Positions 52,792 through 64,000 of a stretch of 64,000 nucleotides of DNA are shown one piece after another. Position numbers and translations under genes: made by a program. Where the stretch lies: assembly GCA_963695875.1 (NCBI GenBank), contig CAVOID010000010.1:64001-128000 (forward strand), written 5' to 3'. Positions within the stretch are counted from its first letter, which is position 1, and each line of letters opens with the position of its first letter. The notes beneath the pieces are model-generated. The model was not told the DNA's origin. It saw only the letters and a list, made by a program, of their open reading frames with translations, and searched no databases. This DNA is from an uncultured delta proteobacterium (GTDB taxonomy: Bacteria; Desulfobacterota; Syntrophia; Syntrophales; UBA2185).

Positions 52792-52867
52792 TGTCATTGC
52801 AAGGAGCGACGTGGCAATCTTATTCTTATAAATAGATATAAGATTTCTCCCTTAACGCGAAATGACA
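52792..52867. repeat. REP-like repeat pair, TGTCATTGC family
   Basis: TGTCATTGCAAGGAGCGACGTGGCAATCT ... AGATT...CGAAATGACA. Confidence 0.6.
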
Positions 52868-52906
52868 AAACGGAAAGTCTTTAATTTATAATGTGATAAG
52901 GAAATT

Positions 52907-53977
52907 ATGTTCAGAAAACTGAAAGATATTGAAACAAGATATAAAGACCTGGAAGGGCTTTTAAGCAGTCTCGATCTAGTCGGCAAGCATAACGTCTATC
53001 AAAAATATGCAAAAGAGCATGCCGATCTTCATGACCTTGTCGAAACCTACAGGGAATATGAAAAAACAAGCGCCCGCATCGAAGAAGATCAGATGTTACT
53101 TCGGGGAGATGACGATGAATTGAAAGAAATCGTCAAAGAAGAACTGCCACAACTCAAGGAACATCTTGCGCTTTTAGAGGATAAACTTAAACTTCTTCTC
53201 CTTCCAAAAGATCCGAATGATGACAAGAACGTATTTCTGGAAATCAGGGCCGGCACCGGCGGTGACGAGGCCGGGCTCTTCGCAGGTGATCTCTTCCGCA
53301 TGTATGCCCAGTATGCGGAGAAGTGCCGCTGGAAGGTGGAAGTGATGAGCAGCAGTCCGGCAGGTGGCATGGGTGGATTCAAGGAAATTATCGCTCTTAT
53401 TGAAGGAAAAGGCGCATACAGCAAGTTGAAATATGAAAGCGGTGTACATCGCGTCCAAAGAGTTCCCGTGACGGAGTCCCAGGGACGAATCCATACCTCC
53501 GCAGTTACTGTGGCCATCCTCCCGGAGGCAGAAGAAGTGGAGGTTAACATCGATCCTAATGATCTGCGGGTTGATGTTTATCGTTCCAGTGGCCACGGCG
53601 GACAGAGTGTAAATACGACAGATTCCGCAGTCAGGATCACCCATTTGCCCACCGGTCTTGTTGTAACCTGTCAAGATGAAAAATCCCAGCACAAAAATAA
53701 GGCAAAAGCCATTAAGGTTCTCAGGGCAAGGCTTCTGGATATAATGGTACAGAAGCAGAATACGGAAATCTCCGAATCAAGAAAAACTCAGGTCGGCAGC
53801 GGGGACCGGAGCGAACGGATCAGGACATACAATTTTCCCCAAGCAAGGGTTACGGATCACCGCATCGGCATAACGCTATATAACCTGGAAGCCTTTCTCA
53901 ACGGCGACATTCAGGGTATGTTAGATGCCCTCGCCACGCATTTTCAGGCCGAGGCACTGAAACGATCCATCAGCTAA
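52907..53977 (+). CDS. prfA: Peptide chain release factor 1
   Basis: PVT motif, [11 protein letters not shown]. Confidence 0.98.
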   Translation: MFRKLKDIETRYKDLEGLLSSLDLVGKHNVYQKYAKEHADLHDLVETYREYEKTSARIEEDQMLLRGDDDELKEIVKEELPQLKEHLALLEDKLKLLLLPKDPNDDKNVFLEIRAGTGGDEAGLFAGDLFRMYAQYAEKCRWKVEVMSSSPAGGMGGFKEIIALIEGKGAYSKLKYESGVHRVQRVPVTESQGRIHTSAVTVAILPEAEEVEVNIDPNDLRVDVYRSSGHGGQSVNTTDSAVRITHLPTGLVVTCQDEKSQHKNKAKAIKVLRARLLDIMVQKQNTEISESRKTQVGSGDRSERIRTYNFPQARVTDHRIGITLYNLEAFLNGDIQGMLDALATHFQAEALKRSIS

Positions 53978-54172
53978 TTCCTATTTTATAGATAAAATTT
54001 GAGAATTTTCCACTTTGTCAGTTCGAGTGAAGGGAGAAATCTTATAATCCCTTGATAAATAATAAGATTGCCGCGTCACTTCGCCTTCGCGTTGCCCAGG
54101 GCTTCGGCTTACCCTCGCGATGACGGTAGTCGTAAACTTTATATTTGCAATGACCTTACTGGAAGCAGCCAA

Positions 54173-55036
54173 GTGAATATCTTAAACGTACTTAAAGAAG
54201 CAGTAACTGTACTGGAAAGTCGTGGTCTCGCAAATCCCATACTTGATGCCGAGGTTCTATTGTCCTCTTGTTTAAGAAGAGATCGTACGAGCCTTTTCAC
54301 ACATCCCGAACAATCACTTACAGAAAAAGAACTTGAGGAATTTCGTCAATTTGTGGAAAGGCGGAGACGTGGTGAACCGATTGCTTATATAACTGGAAAG
54401 AAGGAATTCTGGTCGCTCACTTTCGAGGTCAACAGACACGTTCTCGTGCCCAGACCGGAAACAGAAATTCTTGTGGAAGAGGTCCTGAAGGTGTGCAAAG
54501 GGGAAAGAAGAGATAATCCCAGTATTCTGGAAATTGGTACAGGCAGCGGAGCAATAAGCGTTGCCCTGGCATCTGAATTGAAGAATGCACAAATAGTGGC
54601 GATAGACAGTTCGCCAGAAGCCGTGGCTGTCGCTTCCAGAAATGCAGAAAACAACGGCGTCGCCAACAAGATATCTTTTCTTGTCGGCGATTTATTTGAA
54701 CGCGTATCCGGTAAATTTAATATCATTGTTTCCAATCCTCCCTACATATCGCAAGAAGAATATGGCCGTCTGCCTCTGGACGTGCGGGGATTTGAGCCGG
54801 AATCGGCACTTCTTGCCGGAACTGAGGGAACTGAATTTCACGGAGAAATCATCCGAAAAGGGGCCATCTACTTAAAGAAAGGAGGCTGGCTTCTCATGGA
54901 AATTGGAGCCGGACAGAAAGACCGGGTAGAAAATATGTTGAAGGAATCTCACCTTTATGACAATATTGCCTTCAGAGACGACTATGCAGGCATCGTCCGG
55001 GTTGCTATGGCAAGGAGAGTTGTGACAGGTGGATAA
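54173..55036 (+). CDS. prmC: Release factor glutamine methyltransferase
   Basis: PRPETE, EIGTGSG, SNPPY; GTG start inferred. Confidence 0.95.
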   Translation: MNILNVLKEAVTVLESRGLANPILDAEVLLSSCLRRDRTSLFTHPEQSLTEKELEEFRQFVERRRRGEPIAYITGKKEFWSLTFEVNRHVLVPRPETEILVEEVLKVCKGERRDNPSILEIGTGSGAISVALASELKNAQIVAIDSSPEAVAVASRNAENNGVANKISFLVGDLFERVSGKFNIIVSNPPYISQEEYGRLPLDVRGFEPESALLAGTEGTEFHGEIIRKGAIYLKKGGWLLMEIGAGQKDRVENMLKESHLYDNIAFRDDYAGIVRVAMARRVVTGG

Positions 55037-56279
55037 AATTATCATCGTTGGCGGTAAAAAACTACACGGCGATGTCCACATCAGTGGAGCCAAGAATGCC
55101 GCTCTTCCCATCATGGTTTCCGCACTTTTGACACCAGGGGTAAGTACATTTCATAACATTCCCGATCTAGTGGATATCAAGACGATCAAGAAACTCCTCA
55201 GAAATTTAGGTGTTAAAATAGAAGGAGAATCGACTGTAAAAATCAATGCGGAAAATATTATAAATTGTGAAGCCCCGTATGACCTTGTCAAAACCATGAG
55301 GGCCTCCGTCCTGGTACTGGGACCCCTTGTAGCGAGGATGGGAGTAGCCAGAGTTTCTCTTCCGGGAGGATGCGCCATAGGAGCCAGGCCGGTTAATCTT
55401 CATATAAAAGCCCTTCAAGATTTAGGGGCAGAAGTGGAGTTGAAGGATGGTTATGTGGAGGCCAAAGCTAAGAGATTGAAGGGTACAACCATTTATTTCG
55501 ACATTTCCACGGTAACGGGAACGGAAAATATCATGATGGCTGCATGTCTGGCTGAAGGAACGACACTCCTGAAAAATGCAGCTAAGGAGCCTGAAGTTGT
55601 CAATCTTGCCGATGTCCTGAATGCCATGGGAGCAAAGATTATCGGCGCAGGTACGGACATAGTCAGGATAGATGGTGTCGATCAATTGCATCCCATTGAA
55701 GCGTCCGTTATACCTGACCGTATCGAGGCAGGTACTTTTATGATTGCTGCCGGGATTACAGGGGGAGATGTCAGAATTCTTGGCTGCGATCCCTCTCACC
55801 TTGATGCTTTAATCCTGAAGCTAAGAGATGCAGGTATGGAAATCACCATAATTGACGGTGGAATCAGGGCCACGGCCAGAAAGAAAATTAAGAGTGTGGA
55901 CATAAAAACGCTCCCTTACCCGGGATTTCCTACAGACCTGCAGGCTCAAATCATGGCCTTACTGGCTGTGGCAAGCGGCCTCAGCGTCATAACGGAAACA
56001 GTTTTTGAAAACAGGTTCATGCACGTAAGCGAATTGATAAGGATGGGAGCGGACATCCTGATTCATGGAAATAGCGCCATGGTGAAGGGGATTCCAAAAC
56101 TCAAGGGGGCTCAGGTTATGGCTACGGACCTCAGGGCCTCGGCTTCGCTGATTATCGCGGGATTAGCTGCAGAAGGAAAGACTGAACTATCGAGAGTTTA
56201 TCATATAGACAGGGGATACCAGGAAATCGAGAAGAAATTTTTGGCCCTCGGCGCCGACATAAAAAGAGTGTCCGGATAA
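55029..56279 (+). CDS. murA: UDP-N-acetylglucosamine 1-carboxyvinyltransferase
   Basis: [27 protein letters not shown]. Confidence 0.98.
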   Translation: MDKIIIVGGKKLHGDVHISGAKNAALPIMVSALLTPGVSTFHNIPDLVDIKTIKKLLRNLGVKIEGESTVKINAENIINCEAPYDLVKTMRASVLVLGPLVARMGVARVSLPGGCAIGARPVNLHIKALQDLGAEVELKDGYVEAKAKRLKGTTIYFDISTVTGTENIMMAACLAEGTTLLKNAAKEPEVVNLADVLNAMGAKIIGAGTDIVRIDGVDQLHPIEASVIPDRIEAGTFMIAAGITGGDVRILGCDPSHLDALILKLRDAGMEITIIDGGIRATARKKIKSVDIKTLPYPGFPTDLQAQIMALLAVASGLSVITETVFENRFMHVSELIRMGADILIHGNSAMVKGIPKLKGAQVMATDLRASASLIIAGLAAEGKTELSRVYHIDRGYQEIEKKFLALGADIKRVSG

Positions 56280-56290
56280 AAGATATTGAG

Positions 56291-57610
56291 ATGAAAATCA
56301 TTCGCACAGATACAGTATATTACAAGCATTTGTTGAAGAAGATTGAGAACCGCGGATTGTTTCCTGACGAATGCTGGGATATTGTCAAAGAGATCGTGAA
56401 GAATATCATGGATAAAAGGAAGAATCCTGAAAGGAAGGATCAGGAACTCTTTAAATATACAAGAATGTTGGATGGGTATGAACTGACCGCTGATTCTGTG
56501 GCTGTATCTCCTGAAGAAATGGAAAATGCCGTCAAACAAGTTCGAGCTGAGGACTTAGCGGTTCTAAGACTGGCCGTCGAGCGAGTCAAGATGTTTCACG
56601 AAAAAAACCGCATTGGAGATTGGTCCTATTCCGACGAGGAAGGCATTGAACTCGGTCAGCGCATAGAGCCGCTGGAACGGGTCGGCATCTATGCCCCCGG
56701 AGGTCTTGCCTGTTATCCTTCCACGGTTATTATGGCCGCAGTTCCGGCGAGAATTGCCGGTGTTCCCGAAATTGCCCTGGTAACACCTTCGAAGGGTGGA
56801 AAAGTAAATCCCCTCATTGCCGCGGCTGCAAAACTGAGCGGTGTTAAACAAATATTCAAAATTGGCGGTGCCCAGGCCATAGCAGCTCTCGCATCCGGTA
56901 CGAAATCAATACCACGGGTGGATAAGATCGTTGGTCCCGGCAACGCTTATGTGACGGCAGCAAAACTGATTGTATACGAAATGGGTCGGTGCGGAATCGA
57001 CATGGCCGCTGGCCCAAGCGAGGTTCTCATCATAGCTGACAGATCGGCCGATCCTTCTCTTGTGGCCGCTGATCTGCTTGCACAGGCGGAACATGATGAA
57101 ATGGCGAGCGCTATTTGTCTAACCCCGGATGAAAATTTGGCCAAGAAGGTAGCCTCAGAGGTTGAGATTCAATTGACAAGCCTGCAGAGAAAATCAATTG
57201 CCGAACGTGCCTTAAACAATTTCGGAGCCGTCATCGTAACCAGAGACATCGATCAGGCCATTGAAGAAGCCAATCGGTTCGCCCCGGAGCATTTAGAATT
57301 GATGGTCAAAAATCCTCGTGCCATACTCCCTAAAATAAAACATGCCGGCGCCATTTTTCTTGGACACAACACTCCGGAAGCCCTTGGAGATTATATAGCC
57401 GGACCCTGCCACATCCTTCCTACGGGGGGAACGGCAAGATTTTCTTCCCCTCTGGGGGTCTATGACTTTGTGAAGCGTAGCAGTATACTCTCTTTCTCCA
57501 AGGAAGCTCTTCAAAGATACGGGAAGCAAGCCGCACGCTTTGCTGAAATGGAGGGACTTGAGGCGCACGGCAGGTCTATTGAAAAAAGGCTATCGCGAAA
57601 AAAATCTTGA
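56291..57610 (+). CDS. hisD: Histidinol dehydrogenase
   Basis: GGAQAIAALA, GPGNAYV, AQAEHD, APEHLE. Confidence 0.96.
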   Translation: MKIIRTDTVYYKHLLKKIENRGLFPDECWDIVKEIVKNIMDKRKNPERKDQELFKYTRMLDGYELTADSVAVSPEEMENAVKQVRAEDLAVLRLAVERVKMFHEKNRIGDWSYSDEEGIELGQRIEPLERVGIYAPGGLACYPSTVIMAAVPARIAGVPEIALVTPSKGGKVNPLIAAAAKLSGVKQIFKIGGAQAIAALASGTKSIPRVDKIVGPGNAYVTAAKLIVYEMGRCGIDMAAGPSEVLIIADRSADPSLVAADLLAQAEHDEMASAICLTPDENLAKKVASEVEIQLTSLQRKSIAERALNNFGAVIVTRDIDQAIEEANRFAPEHLELMVKNPRAILPKIKHAGAIFLGHNTPEALGDYIAGPCHILPTGGTARFSSPLGVYDFVKRSSILSFSKEALQRYGKQAARFAEMEGLEAHGRSIEKRLSRKKS

Positions 57611-57682
57611 CAAAAAATCCCTGATGTTTAAGATGCTCCGTGCTGCTCCAATGTTTATCTGCTTTCTGACAACCTCTTCTGA

Positions 57683-57757
57683 GCGGGCGTAATTCAGCGG
57701 TAGAATGTCAGCTTCCCAAGCTGAACGTCGTGGGTTCAACTCCCATCGCCCGCTCCA
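57683..57757 (+). tRNA. tRNA-Gly (CCC)
   Basis: Acceptor GCGGGCG/CGCCCGC, anticodon arm TCAGC-TTCCCAA-GCTGA, GGTTCAA T-loop, encoded CCA. Confidence 0.97.
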
Positions 57758-57856
57758 ACCTTTATATTGCCTTTCCCTATAAATCCTAATTTTCTCTTGC
57801 AATCGGCTTTTTTCTGTGTTAGAAATTCCCCGAAAATCATCTTGTACGTACGTGAT

Positions 57857-57883
57857 GAGTGGGCAATTGCCCACTTTTTTTTT
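57857..57883 (+). terminator. rimP leader hairpin / attenuator
   Basis: AGTGGGC-AATT-GCCCACT plus T run, directly upstream of rimP-nusA. Confidence 0.7.
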
Positions 57884-57910
57884 CCGAGAAGGCGTAAGAA
57901 TTTTATAAAA

Positions 57911-58390
57911 ATGACTGATATTATGCATACATACAGAGAAGAGATAAGGCAGCTCATTGAGCCCGTTCTTGAATCTGAAAATATGGAAATGGTTGATATC
58001 GAATGCCTGAAGATGAAATCCCGCTGGCTGGTGAGAATTTACATTGATAAGGCTGGTGGAGTTACTATTGCTGACTGTTCTGAGATCAGCAAACAGGCAG
58101 GGGACATCCTTGATGTTCATAATGTACCTCCCGGTCCTTATACTTTGGAGGTTTCCTCGCCGGGCCTGGATCGACCGCTTACCCGTGACAAGGATTTTAT
58201 CAAATACATCGGGCATAAGGTCCGCGTGAGGGTGGGCGAAAAGCTTGAAGGTATAAAAAATTTTCAGGGAAAGTTAATCGATTATCTGGATGAAAACGGT
58301 AAGAAGACTTTGTTGGTAGATGTTTCCGGACATATTTATCACATACCGAGGGATTTGGTAGTTAAGGCGCATATCGAGTATGAATTATGA
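57911..58390 (+). CDS. rimP: Ribosome maturation factor RimP
   Basis: YTLEVSSPGLDRPL; position before nusA. Confidence 0.95.
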   Translation: MTDIMHTYREEIRQLIEPVLESENMEMVDIECLKMKSRWLVRIYIDKAGGVTIADCSEISKQAGDILDVHNVPPGPYTLEVSSPGLDRPLTRDKDFIKYIGHKVRVRVGEKLEGIKNFQGKLIDYLDENGKKTLLVDVSGHIYHIPRDLVVKAHIEYEL

Positions 58391-58468
58391 CAACGACTCG
58401 TTCATTCTTGAATAGTTACGATTTTTAATAGGATATTAGTTCTGATATATAAATACGGAGGATTCTAA

Positions 58469-59733
58469 ATGTTACCAGAACTTAAACGTCTGATAGAGCA
58501 GATGGGTAAGGATAGAGGTATAGACAAAGGTGTCATTATAGAGGCACTGGAATCGGCTATGTTAACCGCTGCACGAAAAAAATTGGGTCCCCAGGTAGAT
58601 ATCGAGGCCCACTATAATGAGGAAGCAGGTGAAATTGAGGTATTTCAGTTCAAAACCGTGGTGGATAAAGTACTAGATCCGGATATGCAGGTTTCGTTAG
58701 AAGAGGCCAGACGAAATTTAGATGAAGAGGCACAACGGGGAGATAGTCTCGGAATGAAAATAGAGACAAGTACCTTCGGCAGGATTGCCGTTCAGACGGC
58801 CAAGCAGATAATCATTCAAAAGGTTAAGGATGCGGAGCGGGATAATGTCTATGATGAATACAAAGATAAAAAAGGTGAACTGGTGAGTGGTTTTGTTCAA
58901 AGATTTGACGGCGGGAATATTATCGTTAACCTTGGTCGTGCTGAAGGTGTGATACCTACATCTGAGCAGATTTATCGGGAGACTTACAAGCGAGGAGATC
59001 GAATTCGTGCATATGTGTGCGATGTAAAAAGGATATCTAAAGGTCCTCAGATCATCCTTTCCAGAACGCACCCGGGCTTTCTCAAAGCCCTGTTTGAAGT
59101 GGAAGTACCTGAGATATCTGAGGGGCTAATTGATATTGTAAATGTGGCAAGAGAACCAGGAAAACGTGCCAAAATCTCCGTGAGAACAAAAGATAAAGAT
59201 ATTGATCCGGTAGGTGCCTGTGTTGGTATGAGAGGTTCCCGCGTACAGAGCGTAGTGCAGGAATTGAGGGGAGAAAAAATTGATATCGTCCCTTATTCTG
59301 TCGATAACGCTAATTATGTTTGCAGTGCACTTTCGCCGGCCAAGGTTAACCGGGTCATTATGGATGATGAGAATCGTTCCATGGAAGTGATAGTTCCGGA
59401 TGATCAGTTATCTTTAGCAATAGGGAAAAATGGACAGAACGTCAGGCTGGCCGTCAAATTGACGGGATGGAAGATCGACGTTAAGAGTGAATCCATGGCC
59501 GCATCGCAAGAAGAAGAGGGATTTAAATCTCTTATGAAAATTCCTGGTATAGACGAGGCTATGGCGGAGAAACTGTATAGTGAAGGGTTTAAAAGTATCG
59601 CCATGATTGCAACAATCGATCCCGATATGCTGTCAACTCATTCAGGGGGTAGGTGAAAACAAGCGCATCGCAATGGATTGAAGAAGCAGTCAGAATCATC
59701 GATCAAGAGACAAGTGGAACGAAGAACCCGTAA
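58469..59733 (+). CDS. nusA: Transcription factor NusA (frameshifted in the C-terminal tail)
   Basis: FGRIAVQTAKQ, DPVGACVG.RGSR, LAIGKNGQNVRLA. Confidence 0.95.
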
Positions 59734-59830
59734 ATAGAAGAGAGTCTAAGGAGAGTTCCCTCAAAGAGAGACTTTTCGCAAAGGTCTTTTGATATTACCA
59801 TTGTTTCAATTATATGCGAGGATTTCAAGA

Positions 59831-62521
59831 ATGACGAAGAAAAGAGTTTACGAGTTAGCCAAAGAGTTAGGTATTGACAGCAAGGAACTAATCTCTCGCT
59901 TGGAAAAACTCGGCATCGCTGTAAAAGCCGCATCAGAGCACACTCGAGGACACCGATCTGGAGAAAATACAGGCAGAGTTACTATTCAATGAACCACATG
60001 AAATGGTTGAGCAAAGAATTAAATCTACAGTTATCAGAAGACGGGCTGTGCGTCCAGTTGTCGAGGAAGTTAAACCGGAACCTGTCGAGCGCGGATATTT
60101 CGATAAAACCTGAAAAAGAAAAGATCGATAAAACAGTACCAAAAGAAGTTAAAAAAGAAAAACTGTTCCCAAAGAACACAAACCAAAAATTGCCACCCCG
60201 GTCGAAGTGGTGCCTAAAACTGCCGTTCCTGAAGAAGTAAAATCCACATCGAAGCCGCAAAACCGGAGGAACCAGTAGTTGAAAAGAAGGTAGAAATCCA
60301 GAAAAAGCCGGCAGCGGATGAAGTTGAAGAAATTCCAAAGAAGCCAAAAAAGAAAATTGAAGTCGTTGAAAAGAAGCCGGCGCCTCCGGAAGTAAAAGAG
60401 GCCCCGAAAGAAAGACGAAAAGAAAGAGGCAATATCCCGTCAGATACCAAAAGAACCTCCTGAGATCAAGAAAGAGCTCCCTAAGAAACCGATCTTAAGA
60501 TTGTAAAAGAAATTACGCCTCCCAAGGTAGTGGAAAAACCAGCCAAGTGGGAAGCCGGAAAAGCCAAAAATAAAAGGGAAAAAACCCGTTGAAGTGGTGA
60601 TGGAAGAGCTGCCATCGGCACGGAAAAAGGCTTTTATTAAGAAGCTCGTCGATAAAAAAGACAGGCGTGAGGATTTAGATAGAGAAGAAAGGATTATTAA
60701 ATGGAAGGATGGTAAAAAGCAGGTCACTGCAAAAATGAAAAAAACGGTAATTACTGTCCCAAAAGCAATAAAAAGAAGAATAAAGGTGGGTGAGGTAATA
60801 ACCGTCGGTGAGCTTGCTAAAAAAATGGGAGTTAAGGCAAGCGAAGTAATTAATAAACTCATCGGACTCGGCTTGATGGTTACCATAAATCAGGCTATAG
60901 AGTGTGATGCTGCGACTCTTATTGCCGGCGAATTTGGATATCAGGTAGAATCGGTTGGAACTGAATATGATGAATCCCTTCAAAAAGTTGACGCCGTCTT
61001 CCGAAAACCTGAAAGCGAGGGCGCCCGTTGTTACCATAATGGGACATGTTGACCATGGGAAAACGTCTCTTCTGGACGCAATAAGACAGACGAATGTGAT
61101 AGCAGGTGAGGTGGGGGGTATTACTCAGGCTATCGGAGCATATCATGTCCACATTAAAGACAGAGATATCGTATTTCTTGATACTCCCGGTCATGAAGCA
61201 TTCACTGCCATGAGGGCAAGGGGAGCTCATGTGACAGATATTGTTATACTGGTCGTCGCAGCTGATGATGGTGTAAAGGACCAAACCATAGAGGCCATTA
61301 ACCATGCAAGGGTGGCAGGAGTCCCCATTATCGTTGCCATCAATAAGATAGATAAACCTGGTGCTGACCCGGGAAAAATCAAACAAGTCCTCACCGATTA
61401 CAACCTTATGTCGGAAGAATGGGGTGGAGATACCATATACTGTGAAGTATCGGCTAAGAAAGAAGGAGGGAATAGAAGAACTCCTGGAAATGATCCTTCT
61501 GCAGGCGGATGTTATGGATTTAAAGGCCGATCCAGATCCGACCTGCTCGCGGCGTTATTATCGAAGCGAAACTTGATCGTGGACGTGGTCCGGTGGCAAC
61601 AGTGCTGATTCAGGAAGGTACCCTGAAAGAAGGGGATGCCTTTGTGTCTAAAACGGAATTTGGTAAGGTCAGGGCCTTGATTAACGATCAGGGAGCAGCG
61701 AGTCAAAGAGGCAGGACCGTCTATGCCGGTAGAGGTGATCGGTTTTTCAAAAGTCCCCCAGGTGAGTACAGAATTTATAGGTGTGGAAGATGAAAAAAAG
61801 GCACGCAGCATCGGCGAATACTGGATCAGAAAAGAGCGGGAACGGGAACTTTCCAAATCGTCAAAAATTACCCTTGAGCAGTTATATCAAAAAATTAAAG
61901 AGGGGGTTAAGGAACTGAATGTCATTATAAAGGGAGATGTCCAGGGTTCCATAGAGGCTTTGACCGAGGCATTGAACAAGCTGAGCACGGCGGATATAAA
62001 AGTAAAAATTATTCACAGTTCAACAGGTACTATAACAGAAACAGACGTCATGCTAGCATCGGCATCCAATGCCATAATTATCGGATTTAACGTCAGACCG
62101 GACAGCAGAGTAGTTGACATCGCAGAACAAGAGGGTGTCGAAATTAAACTATATGACATCATATATAACGTTATTGCAGACATGAAAGCTGCCATGGAAG
62201 GACTTCTCGAACCTATCTATAAAGAAACAGACATCGGTCGAGCTGAGGTACGGGAACTATTTAAAGTCCCCAAGCTAGGAACCATTGCCGGAAGCTATGT
62301 GACTGACGGCAAGATTACAAGAAATGCCAATCTCAGATTGGTAAGAGATGGTGTATTGATCTACAACAGCAAGGTCACTCTCCCTCAGGCGATTTAAGGA
62401 CGATGTCAAAGAAGTGAGTGCTGGTTTTGAATGTGGCATTGGAATAGAGGGCTTTAATGATATCAGAATAGGCGATATCATTGAGGCTTATATTAGCGAA
62501 GAGGTAGAGAGAAAATTGTAA
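59831..62521 (+). CDS. infB: Translation initiation factor IF-2, multiple frameshifts
   Basis: [46 protein letters not shown] across several ORFs. Confidence 0.95.
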
Positions 62522-62649
62522 AATAGCCTACAATTTATAATTTATCTCCGAAAAAGTTGCCGGCATCTTCAGATGAAAATAAACCCTTGAACCCTTTTTG
62601 CAACTGAATGGGAGAAGGACCGGATATTAGTATTTAGAGTTTATTCGAG

Positions 62650-62988
62650 ATGGTTATCGGATCAGGTATAATAGACTTATGGATCGTTGAGAGCAGGTCT
62701 CTGAAAGAAAAAAGAGGGGTCCTGAATAGAATATTAAAACGGACTCAAAACGAGTTCAATATTTCTATTGCAGAAATTGGCGATAATGATCACTGGAAAA
62801 GAGCAAAGATCGGGTTCAGTGTCGTAGGAAATGACAGGCGTTATATAAATGGAAAGATTGACCACATCTTAAAATTTGTTGACAATCTTCACCTCGCTGA
62901 AGTGCTTAACACAAAAATTGAAATCACCAATATCCCCGATTCGATGGATCACTTCGAATATAATGAGGATAAATATAATGAATTTTAA
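62650..62988 (+). CDS. DUF503 (YlxP) protein
   Basis: SLKEKR...FNISIAE; between infB and rbfA. Confidence 0.9.
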   Translation: MVIGSGIIDLWIVESRSLKEKRGVLNRILKRTQNEFNISIAEIGDNDHWKRAKIGFSVVGNDRRYINGKIDHILKFVDNLHLAEVLNTKIEITNIPDSMDHFEYNEDKYNEF

Positions 62989-63340
62989 AAGGGCAACACG
63001 TGTAGCAGATCTCATTATGGCTGATATTTCGGATATTCTGTTAAGAGAGATCAGGGACCCGCGGATTAAATCTGTCACTATTACAGGAGTCAAATTAACA
63101 GATGATCTCCGTTTGGCTAAAGTATTTTTTGTTGAGATGGGTAAGGATACATTCGATCCTCAAACCAAAGCAGCACTCCAAAAAGCAACGGGTTTCTTAA
63201 AAAGAGAACTCGGGAAAAGACTGAAACTGCGCTACGTGCCGGATATAATTTTCGTGTCTGACGAATCATTCGCATACGGGAGTCGAATTGACAGATTGCT
63301 GGCAGAAATACAAAAGACAGAGGAATCGAGTATTGAATAG
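62978..63340 (+). CDS. rbfA: Ribosome-binding factor A
   Basis: IRDPRI, DLRLAKVF, LRYVPDI.F..DES. Confidence 0.95.
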   Translation: MNFKRATRVADLIMADISDILLREIRDPRIKSVTITGVKLTDDLRLAKVFFVEMGKDTFDPQTKAALQKATGFLKRELGKRLKLRYVPDIIFVSDESFAYGSRIDRLLAEIQKTEESSIE

Positions 63341-64000
63341 TATCATCAACATGATAAATCGGTACAGATCTTTTCTTATTACGTCACATGTAAGACTTGA
63401 CGGTGATGCCTTGGGATCGGAACTGGCCCTGTATCAAATGCTCTTAGATAAAGGCAAGGAGGTTGTGGTTTACAATCAGGACGAAACACCGGACAATTAC
63501 TGTTTTCTTCCCGGCAACGATAAAATTATTCACAAACTTCCTGCAATTGAAAATTATGAGGTGGTCTTCATCTTCGATTGCAGCGACCTTGAATAGGATC
63601 GGAGATGAAGCTTCTCGCATTGGTAATATGGAGCGAATCATAAATATTGACCACCATATCTCAAACGGTAATTTTGGTAACATAGTCTTTACTGACCACC
63701 AGGCAAGTTCCACGGCAGAGCTTCTTTACAGGCTTATGATGGAGATGAATATTGATATCACAAAGGATATAGCAATCAATCTATACGCAGCTATTCTCAC
63801 TGATACGGGAGGCTTTTGTTACGGAAATACAAAAAAGAATACACTGATTGCAGCAGGAATCCTCGTGGAAAGAGGCGCTGATCCCCAGTGGATTTCAGAA
63901 AATATATATGAAAACAACCCCCTTTCCAAGATCAGACTCTTGACAAAAGCACTAGAAACACTTGCCTTTGACTGGAATGGAAAGGTTGGTTACATGGTTG
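63333..64000 (+). CDS. nrnA: DHH family phosphoesterase NrnA, frameshift near 63590, runs off window
   Basis: SHVRLDGDALGS, NIDHH, ILTDTG. Confidence 0.88.

Noticed and set aside
58469..62521. Frameshifts in infB and nusA (also glgP, helicase, NlpC/P60, panE, gcvPA/B, nrnA) as pseudogenes or programmed frameshifts
   Set aside because: IF-2 is essential, and the indels are scattered single-base changes, often in homopolymers. Long-read assembly error is the simplest explanation.

Overview
Chromosomal window from an anaerobic bacterium. The gene content (SelA, a selenoprotein, a MenK/MqnK-like methyltransferase, ADP-forming acyl-CoA ligase, split GcvP) suggests Desulfobacterota, possibly Syntrophales; this is inference. 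The right half is core genome (gcv/lip/lpd, def, selA, rluD, pgeF, rho-rpmE-prfA-prmC-murA-hisD, tRNA-Gly, rimP-nusA-infB-rbfA-nrnA). The left third is accessory. Main signal 1 is an integron cassette array without an integrase (about 10.44-15.67 kb). It has an attI-like site and five intact cassettes with self-complementary R'/R'' boxes: TM/coiled-coil protein, PD-(D/E)xK nuclease, HEPN-like protein, membrane protein and AbiGi-like protein. These are followed by an eroded tail with RelBE-like and HicAB cassettes whose attC sites are interrupted by mobile-element remnants. A divergent Pif1-type helicase fused to a WYL-like domain sits where intI would normally be. Signal 2 is a glutaredoxin-like selenoprotein missed by the ORF track (24387-24602), with two in-frame UGA codons each followed by a SECIS-like hairpin. 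Signal 3 is a HemN-like protein that is probably a menaquinone methyltransferase. Signal 4 is a 70-aa desulforedoxin-like/histone-H1-like fusion. Many single-base frameshifts, even in infB, indicate sequencing or assembly indels rather than pseudogenes.
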